From Planctomycetota bacterium (GTDB lineage Bacteria > Planctomycetota > SZUA-567 > H5-PLA8), in NCBI GenBank assembly GCA_038227875.1, contig JBBRPR010000033.1, forward strand, positions 1 through 64,000: DNA of 64,000 nt. Reading direction: 5' to 3'. The notes beneath the pieces are model-generated. The model was not told the origin of the DNA. It was given only the letters and a program-made list of their open reading frames with translations, and did no database searches. The translations under genes were made by a program, and so were the position numbers. Numbering within the stretch: position 1 is the stretch's first letter; every line of letters begins with the position of its first letter. Below, one piece after another: positions 48,687 to 57,343 of the stretch.

Positions 48687-50228
48687 TCACGGCTTTTCCG
48701 CGACGCAGTAGAGGTTCTGCTCGCCGCGGATGTAGATGCGATTGCCTTCGAAGATGGGTGAGGCTTCGGTCTGTTCGTGGTGCGGGCCCATCCAGTGCTT
48801 TTCTTCCCAGCCTTCGGGCACGATTTCGTCGATGTTGTTTTTGGCGATGAGTTTGAATTCGCGGCCGGGTTCCACCACAAGCATGCAACCGGCGGAGTCG
48901 ATCATGTAAATGTACTTGCCCGCCATCGCGGGACTGGCGCCAATGCCCATGCCGACAGATTTGCGGCTGTACGGGTTCTTGAAATCGAAGGGCGGGAACA
49001 TGCTGTAGACGATCGAGTCGGCCTGTTTGGTTTTCGTTGTGTCGACGACGGTCAGAATGCCGAAGTTGCCGACGCAATAGAGCAGGTTGTTGTGGTAGAG
49101 CGGGGAAGCGGTGTAGAAACCGGAGATGGTGGGATCGACCTTCAGCGCTTTGCTGTCGCCGCTGGGCATATTGACGCGGTTGTACTCCTCGGTGATCAAG
49201 GGCTTTACCGTGAGTTCATTATCGGCCTTGGGCAGCACCTGCATAAAGCTGGCGCGGTTCTGGGTGTAATAGACCATGTCTCCATTGGTTACCACCATGC
49301 AGCCGGGCATATCGCCGACGCGCGGGACGACAATCTTGCCGTCCTTGGCGCGCACATAATTTCCGGCGCTGATGACAAAGTCGGTGCCACCGACGTTGAC
49401 TTTCACCAAGGCGTATGGATTCCCGCAGAAGGCCGCGGCGCGCCAGATTTCCTTGCCGGTGGCTTTGTCGAAGGCGGCGAGATTTGTGGTGACGGCGATG
49501 AGCTTGTCGTCGGCAATCACGGGGGAGGGCGATTGGCCGTGCTCGCCCCAGCCGCCCGCGATGGATTCGTATCTCGCCCACTTCAGCTTACCGGCCAGGT
49601 CGTAGCTGGCGGTGATGCCGTTGCCGGAGGAGATGAAGACGTCCTTGCCATCGGAGCAGGGCGTCGCGCCGGTGTAACCGCACCAGCTTTCCACGTACAT
49701 GTCGGGCGGCAGGGCGTATTTGCGGTCGGCTTTGAAGGTCAGGTCGTTGATCCTTTTCTGGAGGTCGTGCTTCTGCTTGTAGAGTTCCTTCGACCAGCCC
49801 TTCTCGACAAACGCGTCGTTGAGTTTCTGCAGCTCAGCGATGAGGGGTTCGATTTCAGCGAAGGCGGGATTGGCCTTCTTCTCCTCGGCGGTCACGGTGA
49901 TGTAGGCCGGATGGGAGCGGATCCAGAGCAGTTTTCCGGTCAATTTGTTCAGGCAGATCAAGTCGTAGGGTTCGGAGCGCGTGAAAACTTTGTCGCCGAC
50001 AATGATCGGCGTCGACCACGTGTAGCAGGGGAGCTTGGTCTCCCAGAGGATGTTTTTCTTCTCGCCTTTTTCATTGCGGGACCAGGTGGTGGGTGGTGTG
50101 GCGTCGGGATAATGGCCGGTGCCATCGCCGCGCCATCCGACGACCTTGTCCGGTTCGGCCGCAAAGGCCTGGAGCGCGCAGCATGCCAGAAGTGCGATCA
50201 ACGTTGTCGAGATGGGTCGAATCGTCAT
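48687..50228 (-). CDS. secreted PQQ-like beta-propeller protein
   Basis: Signal peptide; 'GWRGDGTG', 'NILWETKLP...STPIIVGDKVF', 'ASPIFEGNRIYIRG..NLYCV'; GGAG RBS. Confidence 0.88.
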   Translation of the reverse strand: MTIRPISTTLIALLACCALQAFAAEPDKVVGWRGDGTGHYPDATPPTTWSRNEKGEKKNILWETKLPCYTWSTPIIVGDKVFTRSEPYDLICLNKLTGKLLWIRSHPAYITVTAEEKKANPAFAEIEPLIAELQKLNDAFVEKGWSKELYKQKHDLQKRINDLTFKADRKYALPPDMYVESWCGYTGATPCSDGKDVFISSGNGITASYDLAGKLKWARYESIAGGWGEHGQSPSPVIADDKLIAVTTNLAAFDKATGKEIWRAAAFCGNPYALVKVNVGGTDFVISAGNYVRAKDGKIVVPRVGDMPGCMVVTNGDMVYYTQNRASFMQVLPKADNELTVKPLITEEYNRVNMPSGDSKALKVDPTISGFYTASPLYHNNLLYCVGNFGILTVVDTTKTKQADSIVYSMFPPFDFKNPYSRKSVGMGIGASPAMAGKYIYMIDSAGCMLVVEPGREFKLIAKNNIDEIVPEGWEEKHWMGPHHEQTEASPIFEGNRIYIRGEQNLYCVAEKP

Positions 50229-50438
50229 GCGTGGTCTCCAGTTGCGGACAGGGCACCCACTTCCAGCCACCGGACACTATACGAAGACGTAGCAGTGTTA
50301 GGGGTGGTATTTTGCGCAATGACTTTGTTGTTTTGCGCAAAGCGGAGCAGTTTTCGTTAAGAGTTGAAAACAGATACATGTGGCGTCCAGTATGTGGCAA
50401 TGATAGCTTGGGTTCAATAGGCAGCGGGAAATGAAGCG

Positions 50439-51329
50439 TTGAAAATTATAGCATTCCTAGCGGTGATTGTGCTCGCGGTCGCGCTGGCGGTCCTGGTTTT
50501 CAGGCGCGCACCAGTGAGCTCCATTCCATCCGCGCCGCCTGCTCCATCTGCTCCAACTGCGTCAGTTGCGCCGGAACAAATATCGAAGCTCTCGTTTGTG
50601 ACGTACAACGTTTACGACCATGTCGAGGAGATGGCCAAGCGCGGGCCGGCGCTGTTGAAGGAGATCGGCGACGCGAACGCGGATGTGATTGCGCTGCAGG
50701 AGATCACGCCGGAGTTTTTGAAGCTTCTCGTGAATTGTGAATGGTCCGGGCGCTACAAGGGACTGACGGAAAAGGGAGAACCCGTCGCCCAGAATGAACT
50801 GTGCATTCTCTCAAAATATCCGGTGGTGGACATTCAATACGTCGAATTGCCCAGCCGCCTGAACCGGGCGGTGTTGATTGCGAAAATCGTGGTGAACGGG
50901 CGCACGCTGGCGGTGGCGACAACGCATCTCGACAGCTTTCTCGAAGATGGGCCAGCGCGCGCGAAACAGTTGGATCAGATTTTTCCGCTGCTCAGGCGCG
51001 CTGACGACGCGGTGTTGATGGGTGATTTTAATTTCGGCGACGGTGAGCAGCCGGATACCGCGCATCTCGATGCCGGCTACACGGATTCGTGGACGGCGCT
51101 GCACGCGGGCGAGGCTGGCTACACGTGGAATATTGAGGTGAGCGAGATGGCGCGGCGAGGCTCGTTCGAAACGGAGACCAGCCGGCGCCTCGATCGCATT
51201 CTGGTGCGATCATCGGTGTGGAAGCCGGCGGCGTCGAAGATCATCGGCGACAAACCGGTTGAAGCGGGCAAGCTGAATTTATTTCCGTCCGATCACTTCG
51301 GACTCGTCGCAGAGATGAAAAAATTGTAA
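50439..51329 (+). CDS. endonuclease/exonuclease/phosphatase (EEP), TDP2-like, N-terminal membrane anchor
   Basis: 'TYNV', 'ALQE', 'TTHLDS', 'GDFN', 'RLDRI', 'PSDHFG'. Confidence 0.9.
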   Translation: MKIIAFLAVIVLAVALAVLVFRRAPVSSIPSAPPAPSAPTASVAPEQISKLSFVTYNVYDHVEEMAKRGPALLKEIGDANADVIALQEITPEFLKLLVNCEWSGRYKGLTEKGEPVAQNELCILSKYPVVDIQYVELPSRLNRAVLIAKIVVNGRTLAVATTHLDSFLEDGPARAKQLDQIFPLLRRADDAVLMGDFNFGDGEQPDTAHLDAGYTDSWTALHAGEAGYTWNIEVSEMARRGSFETETSRRLDRILVRSSVWKPAASKIIGDKPVEAGKLNLFPSDHFGLVAEMKKL

Positions 51330-51437
51330 AGACCGCGTCAAATTGTGGAATATTGCGCTGGTCTATTTTTTGCACTTAGTGCTCTTCGCGACGCCAAATG
51401 CAACAACGATGCGACACCGCGAGCGGAGAGAAAAATC

Positions 51438-51620
51438 ATGGGCGACACTGCGATTATTTCCGATGCCAAACGAAAATGCAGAAGTTGCTTCTGGTTTATT
51501 TCCACTCATGGCTGTACGTGTGCTCAATCGGAGCTGCGCGGAAACCGTGATGCGGAAAAATCGTGTGTGAAATGGGCTGCTGACCGTCCGTCTGGCAGGC
51601 ATATTCCGATTCCGCGCTAG
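51438..51620 (+). CDS. small Cys-rich protein (60 aa)
   Basis: GGAGAG RBS 7 nt before ATG; CRSC...CTC...C pattern; lies in otherwise empty intergenic DNA. Confidence 0.45.
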   Translation: MGDTAIISDAKRKCRSCFWFISTHGCTCAQSELRGNRDAEKSCVKWAADRPSGRHIPIPR

Positions 51621-51712
51621 CTAAATGAGTAGTCGGGTTCTGCATCACCACACATGTAACGTCACCTGTTCCTGCCGCACCACAATTTTCCAAGCGTTGT
51701 AGTTCAATAAAA

Positions 51713-51740
51713 ATGGGCGGACGATTGATCGTCCGCCCAT
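51713..51740 (-). terminator. rho-independent terminator
   Basis: ATGGGCGGACGAT/ATCGTCCGCCCAT stem followed by a T-rich tail on the minus strand, after the DUF5107 gene. Confidence 0.85.
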
Positions 51741-51769
51741 CTGCTTCCGTGACCATATTATCGTCGAGT

Positions 51770-54700
51770 TTACCAGACGAAACCGTCGAGCCCGCAGCGG
51801 AACGCCTTGTCGCGTTCGCGTTGCGCTCCGGATTCATCTCCGGCGGCTTCGAGCAGGACGCTCTTCAGATACAACCAATGGCTGTGATCGTCGAACTTGA
51901 GCGACAGGCGCAAGTCGATCAGATTTTCGATGCGCTTGAGCGTCCGCTGCCCGGCGGGTTTGTCCAGGCCGGACTTGATCAGGCCGATCGACTGCCAGAT
52001 CCGCAGGTAGGAACCGAGGTCGTGGAACTCGTGCGCGGCCTTGGTGTACCATTCCTTCGCTTTGGCGGCGTGGCCTTCGGCGGCTTCGATGTCGCCGAAA
52101 AGACAGAACACCTCCGCGAGGATGTGCAGCACCTGCGAGTCTTCGCTGAAGTTGTGCTGAATCACCATCGCTTCCTTCAGTTCCTTGCGCGCTTCGGCGT
52201 AGCGTTCTTCCTTGATATGCCGTCGCGCGCGGGCCACGCGGCAACGGATATGACAGGCGGTGAGCTTGTGGCCGCCATGCGTCGCGGGGTGTTTGGTGTT
52301 GAGCATAAAGTCGAGCGCTTCGTCGAAACGGCTGTGCGCGGTCAGTTCGCAGACGTAGCGGCGGGTCATGTAGTCGCTGCAATCCGGACGTTGCAGGTGT
52401 TCGCTGTACTCTTTAAGCAACCGGTCGCGGCGGCCGGAATGCTGCAGTACGCCGAAGTAATAGCTGTCGATGCGGTTGTCGTGAATCTTTTCGACAATCG
52501 CGGCGAGGCGGTTGATCTCCCCGTCCGTGCACTTCTGCGGCTCGGACTGGACCAGCGCGATCGAAAGATGGAGTGCCGGCCAATCGCCGCCGTGATGGAC
52601 GGCATGTTTCCAGGCCGCGCCGGCCTCATCCGAACGCCCGCAGCGCTGGAGCAGGTTGCCCCAGAGGTAATGCAGCCGCGCGTCGCTGGGGTGAGACTGC
52701 AGCGCTTTGGGCAGCGCGTCGAAGTAGGCGTCCTGCCACGGCCGGTCGGCGAGGGGATCGAACTCGACCTTCTTCTCCATGAACGTCGCGGGCACGCCGG
52801 CCAGACCGGCGCAGTGATCGGCCAGCACCAGATCGCTGACTTGCCAGCTCTTGCGGAACGACGTTTTCGCTTCCACCGCCAGGAGCGCCAGCGAGGGATC
52901 GCCGTACTTCAAATAAATGTCGGCCACGGTGATGGCGACATCCGCATCAGAGGCGAGCAGTTTCTCGAACGAGCCATCGTGCCGCTCGAAACTCAAGACC
53001 GGATCGGTGGGGTACGCGGCGCTCAGGGATTTCAACAGCGCACTGTCGGCGTGACCCGACAACCGACGCGCGACCACGGTGGCGACGCCGAGGTCGCGGT
53101 TGCGGATCAGAGTCGGGAGCGCTTCGTGCTTAGTCATTTTCGCCGCGGCGCCAAAGTCGCGGTTGCGCAGATGCGCCAGCACGGTGGCGAGCTTCCGCTC
53201 TTCGCCGTGCAGGCCGGTGATCATGCGCTCTTCCAGATCGCGGTCGCCGGCCGCCAGCGCGATGCGTAGCAGACCCCACACGAGCGGCTTGCTGTGGCCA
53301 CCGCTTTCGTAGACGTCGAGGAGCAGTTTGCGGGCTTCGGCGTATTCGTGGCGGTAGAGGCGGAAGAGTCCGACTTCCTCTTTCAGCGCATTGTCTTTCG
53401 GCGCGAGCTTCAGCGCAGCTTCGTACCAGAGCCAGGCGTCCTTCCAGTTGAAGACCTGGACGGCGTTCTTGGCGTTGATGCGGAAGTTTTTCGCGCTGAC
53501 TTCGGATGGATCGTGCATCTCTTCGCGCGTCTTCGGCGGCGTGCCGTAGTCGTAGAGCTCAAAGTCGCAGGTCGTCAGCTTCATCTCGGCCTGGCCGGGA
53601 TCGACGTCGAGCTTGATGGGGCCCTTGACGTCGAGCTTTTTGGTGTAGACCTTGTCGGGAGCGAGATCGGCCTCCCAGGTTTCGATTTCGCCCTTGTCGG
53701 TGTAGGCACGGAATTTCACACCGCTGAGCGGTTCGACCGATTGCGCGCGCACGATTGCCTTGCCTTTTTCCTGGCCGACGAAAACGGTGAGCAGTTCATT
53801 GGCGTCCGTGATACCACCGAGGCCGTCGATGGGCTGCCAGCGTTCGTGAAAGGCGATGGTTTGGTGCGGTTCGAGGACGCTCCAGAATTCCTGGTCGTTG
53901 CGAGTGCCGGACTGCAGTTCGACGTAATCGCGCAGATTTTCCGAGAGCAGCTTGCCCCAGCGTTCGCCCGCCGGTCCATTGCCCCACGCGAAGTACTTCT
54001 TGCCGGGCAGCGTCTTGGGATCGGCGGTGTGGACGACGCCGAATTTCTGTTTCTCGTAATAGCCGCCGAAGAAGCGCTTGTCGCCGGTATCGCCGAACGC
54101 GCTGATCGGTTGCTTGCAGGCTTTCCAGTAGGAAAGATCGCAATCGTTGTCGTACGGCCACTTGAAGAGCTTGCCGCCGTGGTGTTCGCAGTATTTGTAC
54201 GGGTAGTAAAGGCGCAGGCTGTCGTCGGTCGTGATACCGCAGTTGCCCCAGTAACAGTACGGATGTTCGAGGTCGGTGGGATTGTGCAGCCAGCCGTCGA
54301 TTTCAAGGACGCGTTTGCCGGGCGCGAGACGAATGGTCATCTGCCACTGCACGCCAAAGAGCTTGTCGGTCGCGCCGAATTTGCTCCACGCCGCGCCATT
54401 TTCGTCGACGCCGTGCGCTTCGTTGATCTTCTGAATCGTCAGCAGCGAATGCGTGACGGGGAAGTTGAATTCGATGCCCGTGGCGATCCACGGTCCGCCG
54501 ACGGCCAGGTCCTGATGCTTGATCGCGTCGGTGCGGTGAAACATTTCGCGTCCGGACACCAGGTCCTTCGCGCCCCAGACGTGTCCGCCGAGATCGGGAA
54601 GAATGTCGACTTCGATGAATTCGTTAGCCAGCCGGACGACGCGCATGGGGTACTGCTCGCTCTTGGCCGTCTGGCTTTCGCTGTGATTGTACGGAAAAAT

Positions 54701-54868
54701 ATTGCGCGGGTAGCCTTTCGAAAACAGGCTCGGCAGCGGCACTTCAGGCCGGACGGGATAACGTTTCATCTTGACGGTGAGCTGCGTGGCCGTCGCGTGT
54801 TTCGCGGAAGCGGATGATTTTTTTGGTTTGGATTTGGAAGCGGTAGAACGACCGGATTTCGCGGACAT
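51770..54868 (-). CDS. DUF5107 domain + TPR repeat protein
   Basis: 'L.NEFIEV.ILPDLGG...A.D', 'GPWIATGIEFNFP', 'PGKK.F.WG...G..W...L....YVELQSG'; C-terminal TPRs; GGAG RBS. Confidence 0.88.
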   Translation of the reverse strand: MSAKSGRSTASKSKPKKSSASAKHATATQLTVKMKRYPVRPEVPLPSLFSKGYPRNIFPYNHSESQTAKSEQYPMRVVRLANEFIEVDILPDLGGHVWGAKDLVSGREMFHRTDAIKHQDLAVGGPWIATGIEFNFPVTHSLLTIQKINEAHGVDENGAAWSKFGATDKLFGVQWQMTIRLAPGKRVLEIDGWLHNPTDLEHPYCYWGNCGITTDDSLRLYYPYKYCEHHGGKLFKWPYDNDCDLSYWKACKQPISAFGDTGDKRFFGGYYEKQKFGVVHTADPKTLPGKKYFAWGNGPAGERWGKLLSENLRDYVELQSGTRNDQEFWSVLEPHQTIAFHERWQPIDGLGGITDANELLTVFVGQEKGKAIVRAQSVEPLSGVKFRAYTDKGEIETWEADLAPDKVYTKKLDVKGPIKLDVDPGQAEMKLTTCDFELYDYGTPPKTREEMHDPSEVSAKNFRINAKNAVQVFNWKDAWLWYEAALKLAPKDNALKEEVGLFRLYRHEYAEARKLLLDVYESGGHSKPLVWGLLRIALAAGDRDLEERMITGLHGEERKLATVLAHLRNRDFGAAAKMTKHEALPTLIRNRDLGVATVVARRLSGHADSALLKSLSAAYPTDPVLSFERHDGSFEKLLASDADVAITVADIYLKYGDPSLALLAVEAKTSFRKSWQVSDLVLADHCAGLAGVPATFMEKKVEFDPLADRPWQDAYFDALPKALQSHPSDARLHYLWGNLLQRCGRSDEAGAAWKHAVHHGGDWPALHLSIALVQSEPQKCTDGEINRLAAIVEKIHDNRIDSYYFGVLQHSGRRDRLLKEYSEHLQRPDCSDYMTRRYVCELTAHSRFDEALDFMLNTKHPATHGGHKLTACHIRCRVARARRHIKEERYAEARKELKEAMVIQHNFSEDSQVLHILAEVFCLFGDIEAAEGHAAKAKEWYTKAAHEFHDLGSYLRIWQSIGLIKSGLDKPAGQRTLKRIENLIDLRLSLKFDDHSHWLYLKSVLLEAAGDESGAQRERDKAFRCGLDGFVW

Positions 54869-55116
54869 CGAGAATTCTCCAATGGGAAAAGTAGAAAACT
54901 TCGCCACTGGAGGCACCAGAGTATCACTGGTGGTCAATGAGTCCAGTTAAATAGTACAAGTCTAATCCAGTTTTGACCGTAAGATTTTATGCTATCAGGA
55001 ATTATGCTTACATTAATTTGGCAAATTGAGAGTTATAGGAAAAGTTGCAACACAGGTGAAAACTGTGGTGTATAACAATCAGTACAAGTTCCGCCACAGT
55101 GCCGGGATGAGCGCGA

Positions 55117-56274
55117 ATGACTGAACTACACACCGAAAAGAAGACGCGCCTGCACCTCGTGATCCGCGACCGGATTCTCAACATGCTGATCAAGAGCGGT
55201 TGCCGCCGCGGCGATCCGCTCCCTTCTTATCGCGACATGACCGACCGCTTTCACGTCTCGCTGGTCACGATTCAGCGCGCGATGGATGAACTGATTAAAG
55301 ACGGCATCGTCCGCGGCTGGCCGGGGCGTGGTACTTTTCTCGACCGTGAAGTCACGCAGTCCGGACGTCGGCTGACGCAGGTGGGGCTGGTGATCAACTG
55401 CGCGCGCAAAACGTTCTTCTCTTCGACCTATCTGATGGAAATTTTCCAGGGCGTGATGCTGCAGTGCGAGGAGCTGAACGTCGACACGCGGTTGTTCTCG
55501 ATCAAAAACGAAGGCACGCTGACGCCCCGCCAGATCGCCGAGAGCGGCGTCGATGGCGTGCTGTTGCTGGCGGTGAATCACGACGCGTATATCCAGGAGC
55601 TGGTGCAGGAATTTTCCCCGGTCGTGGTGCTCGATCACAGCACGGAAAAAGTGGCGACCGATTTTCTCGTCTGCGACACGCAACCGGCGATGGACGGCAT
55701 CGTCGCGCATCTGGTGAAACTGGGTCATCGGCGCATGGCGTTCGTCGCGAACTGGACGACCGACACCATCGCGGGGTTGCAGGGCTTGAATCCGGACATC
55801 GAAAGTCCCATCAGCATCGAGCGGCGCAACGCGTTCATGCAGGCAATGTGCGCCGCGGGTTTAAGCGATAGTGCGTCGGTCTACGAACTTCCGGCCGCGC
55901 CGCTCCAGACTCTTACTCATGTAGTCGATGGGTGGACGAAGCAGGCCGTGCGCCCGACGGCGATTATCCTCAACAGCGCCGGCGATGTCGGAATCCTGGA
56001 TGCCGAATTCGCTGCGCGTGGCGTGCGTGTTCCGCACGACATTTCGCTGGCGGCGGTGGCAGGGACGGGCAGCGAAGGCATTTCTGGTGGAAAAGTGGTG
56101 ACGTACCAGCGCGTTCATTTCATCGAAATGGGGCGGCAGGCAGTCTCGATTCTTTCCGAGCGCTGCGCCGAGCTGCGGCCGATGAGTTCCAAATTGTGGC
56201 GGATTGGGGCAGATTTTATCGAAGGCGGAACCACAGGCGCGTGCCGGGTGCCGCGCGACACAGGAGACATGTAG
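55117..56274 (+). CDS. GntR-family HTH + LacI-type ligand-binding regulator
   Basis: 'GDPLPSYRDM...F.VSLVTIQRAM..L...GRGTF'; 'LGHRRMAFV', 'VPHDISL'. Confidence 0.9.
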   Translation: MTELHTEKKTRLHLVIRDRILNMLIKSGCRRGDPLPSYRDMTDRFHVSLVTIQRAMDELIKDGIVRGWPGRGTFLDREVTQSGRRLTQVGLVINCARKTFFSSTYLMEIFQGVMLQCEELNVDTRLFSIKNEGTLTPRQIAESGVDGVLLLAVNHDAYIQELVQEFSPVVVLDHSTEKVATDFLVCDTQPAMDGIVAHLVKLGHRRMAFVANWTTDTIAGLQGLNPDIESPISIERRNAFMQAMCAAGLSDSASVYELPAAPLQTLTHVVDGWTKQAVRPTAIILNSAGDVGILDAEFAARGVRVPHDISLAAVAGTGSEGISGGKVVTYQRVHFIEMGRQAVSILSERCAELRPMSSKLWRIGADFIEGGTTGACRVPRDTGDM

Positions 56275-56276
56275 CC

Positions 56277-57140
56277 ATGAGCAACAGTCGAATCGGAAAA
56301 ATGAACGCTGCAGTGTGCCTGGCTTTGATGCTGACGGGCCTCTCGTTGCCTGTGTGCGCGGCGGAGCCGGCGCTGCAGGCCTCGAAGGAAAGCTACGACT
56401 ACGCCGCGGCCATGAAGGACGTCGCGAAAAAATTCAAAGGCACGCCGGGCGTTGTCGTGCTGCTGGGTGATTCGATCACCTACGCCAATCAGAACACGGC
56501 GTGGGCGCTGCATGGAGAAGGCCAGTCGCCGGAAGTGAAAGCGTTCTTGAAGTGGACGCATGTCGGCGACGGCGGAAATGTAGACGGCTGGACGGCGGCG
56601 AAAACCGATGTCGAAGGCGGTCGCAGCCACACGGCATCCAGCGGCGTGACGACTGGCGAGTATCTCGCTGGCGGCAAGCATGGTCTGCCGCCGCTCTCGG
56701 AGATCATCAAGAAGTACAATCCGCAGCTGGCGCTGTACATGCTCGGCACCAACGACATGAACCAGGGTGCTGCGCCGGCCGCTGCAGTCGCGAACGTTGA
56801 GAAGGCGCTCGACATGCTGATGGCTAACGGCACCGTGCCGGTGCTCTCCACGATTCCGCCGATGAAGGGCAAGATTCCACAGGTGGAAGCGTACAACGCG
56901 GAACTCAAGAAACTCGCCGAGAAGAAAAAGGTTCCGCTGCTCGATCTGTTTGGCGAGATGAAGGCACTCGATGCGGACATGATGTGCTTCCTGACCGGAG
57001 ACGGCGTCCACCTTTCATTCGACAACGCGGCGGGTGCGCCGACGGTCGAGAATTTCAAGAAGGCCGGCTACCTCTGCCGTTGCTACTTTAACGTGCAGAA
57101 ATTGATGGAGGTAAAGGGCAAGGTCATCGATGCAAAGTGA
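56277..57140 (+). CDS. secreted SGNH/GDSL hydrolase (esterase)
   Basis: 'LGDSIT', 'LGTND', 'DGVHL'; AGGAG RBS and signal peptide. Confidence 0.92.
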   Translation: MSNSRIGKMNAAVCLALMLTGLSLPVCAAEPALQASKESYDYAAAMKDVAKKFKGTPGVVVLLGDSITYANQNTAWALHGEGQSPEVKAFLKWTHVGDGGNVDGWTAAKTDVEGGRSHTASSGVTTGEYLAGGKHGLPPLSEIIKKYNPQLALYMLGTNDMNQGAAPAAAVANVEKALDMLMANGTVPVLSTIPPMKGKIPQVEAYNAELKKLAEKKKVPLLDLFGEMKALDADMMCFLTGDGVHLSFDNAAGAPTVENFKKAGYLCRCYFNVQKLMEVKGKVIDAK

Positions 57141-57174
57141 CAAAATCCGGGTGTGACATTTTGTGCGACGTAAA

Positions 57175-57200
57175 ACACACGGGCGACCACGCCCGTGTGT
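57175..57200. terminator. 11-bp hairpin (terminator- or REP-like)
   Basis: ACACACGGGCG-ACCA-CGCCCGTGTGT after the SGNH gene. Confidence 0.45.
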
Positions 57201-57343
57201 GGCATGGATGATTTTGATTGCTGGCGCAAAATTGTCCGGGAGTTTAGCCTGTGAAAGTCGCACCCACTAAACGATTGCCCAAGTGCGAGACTGTGCTGAA
57301 AATTCACAGTGCAGCCGTGCGCGCAGGCCTGAGAAAAGGCGAA

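Noticed and set aside
55932..56276. N-terminal extension of the SGNH ORF
   Set aside because: It overlaps the regulator out of frame; the RBS and signal peptide start at 56277.
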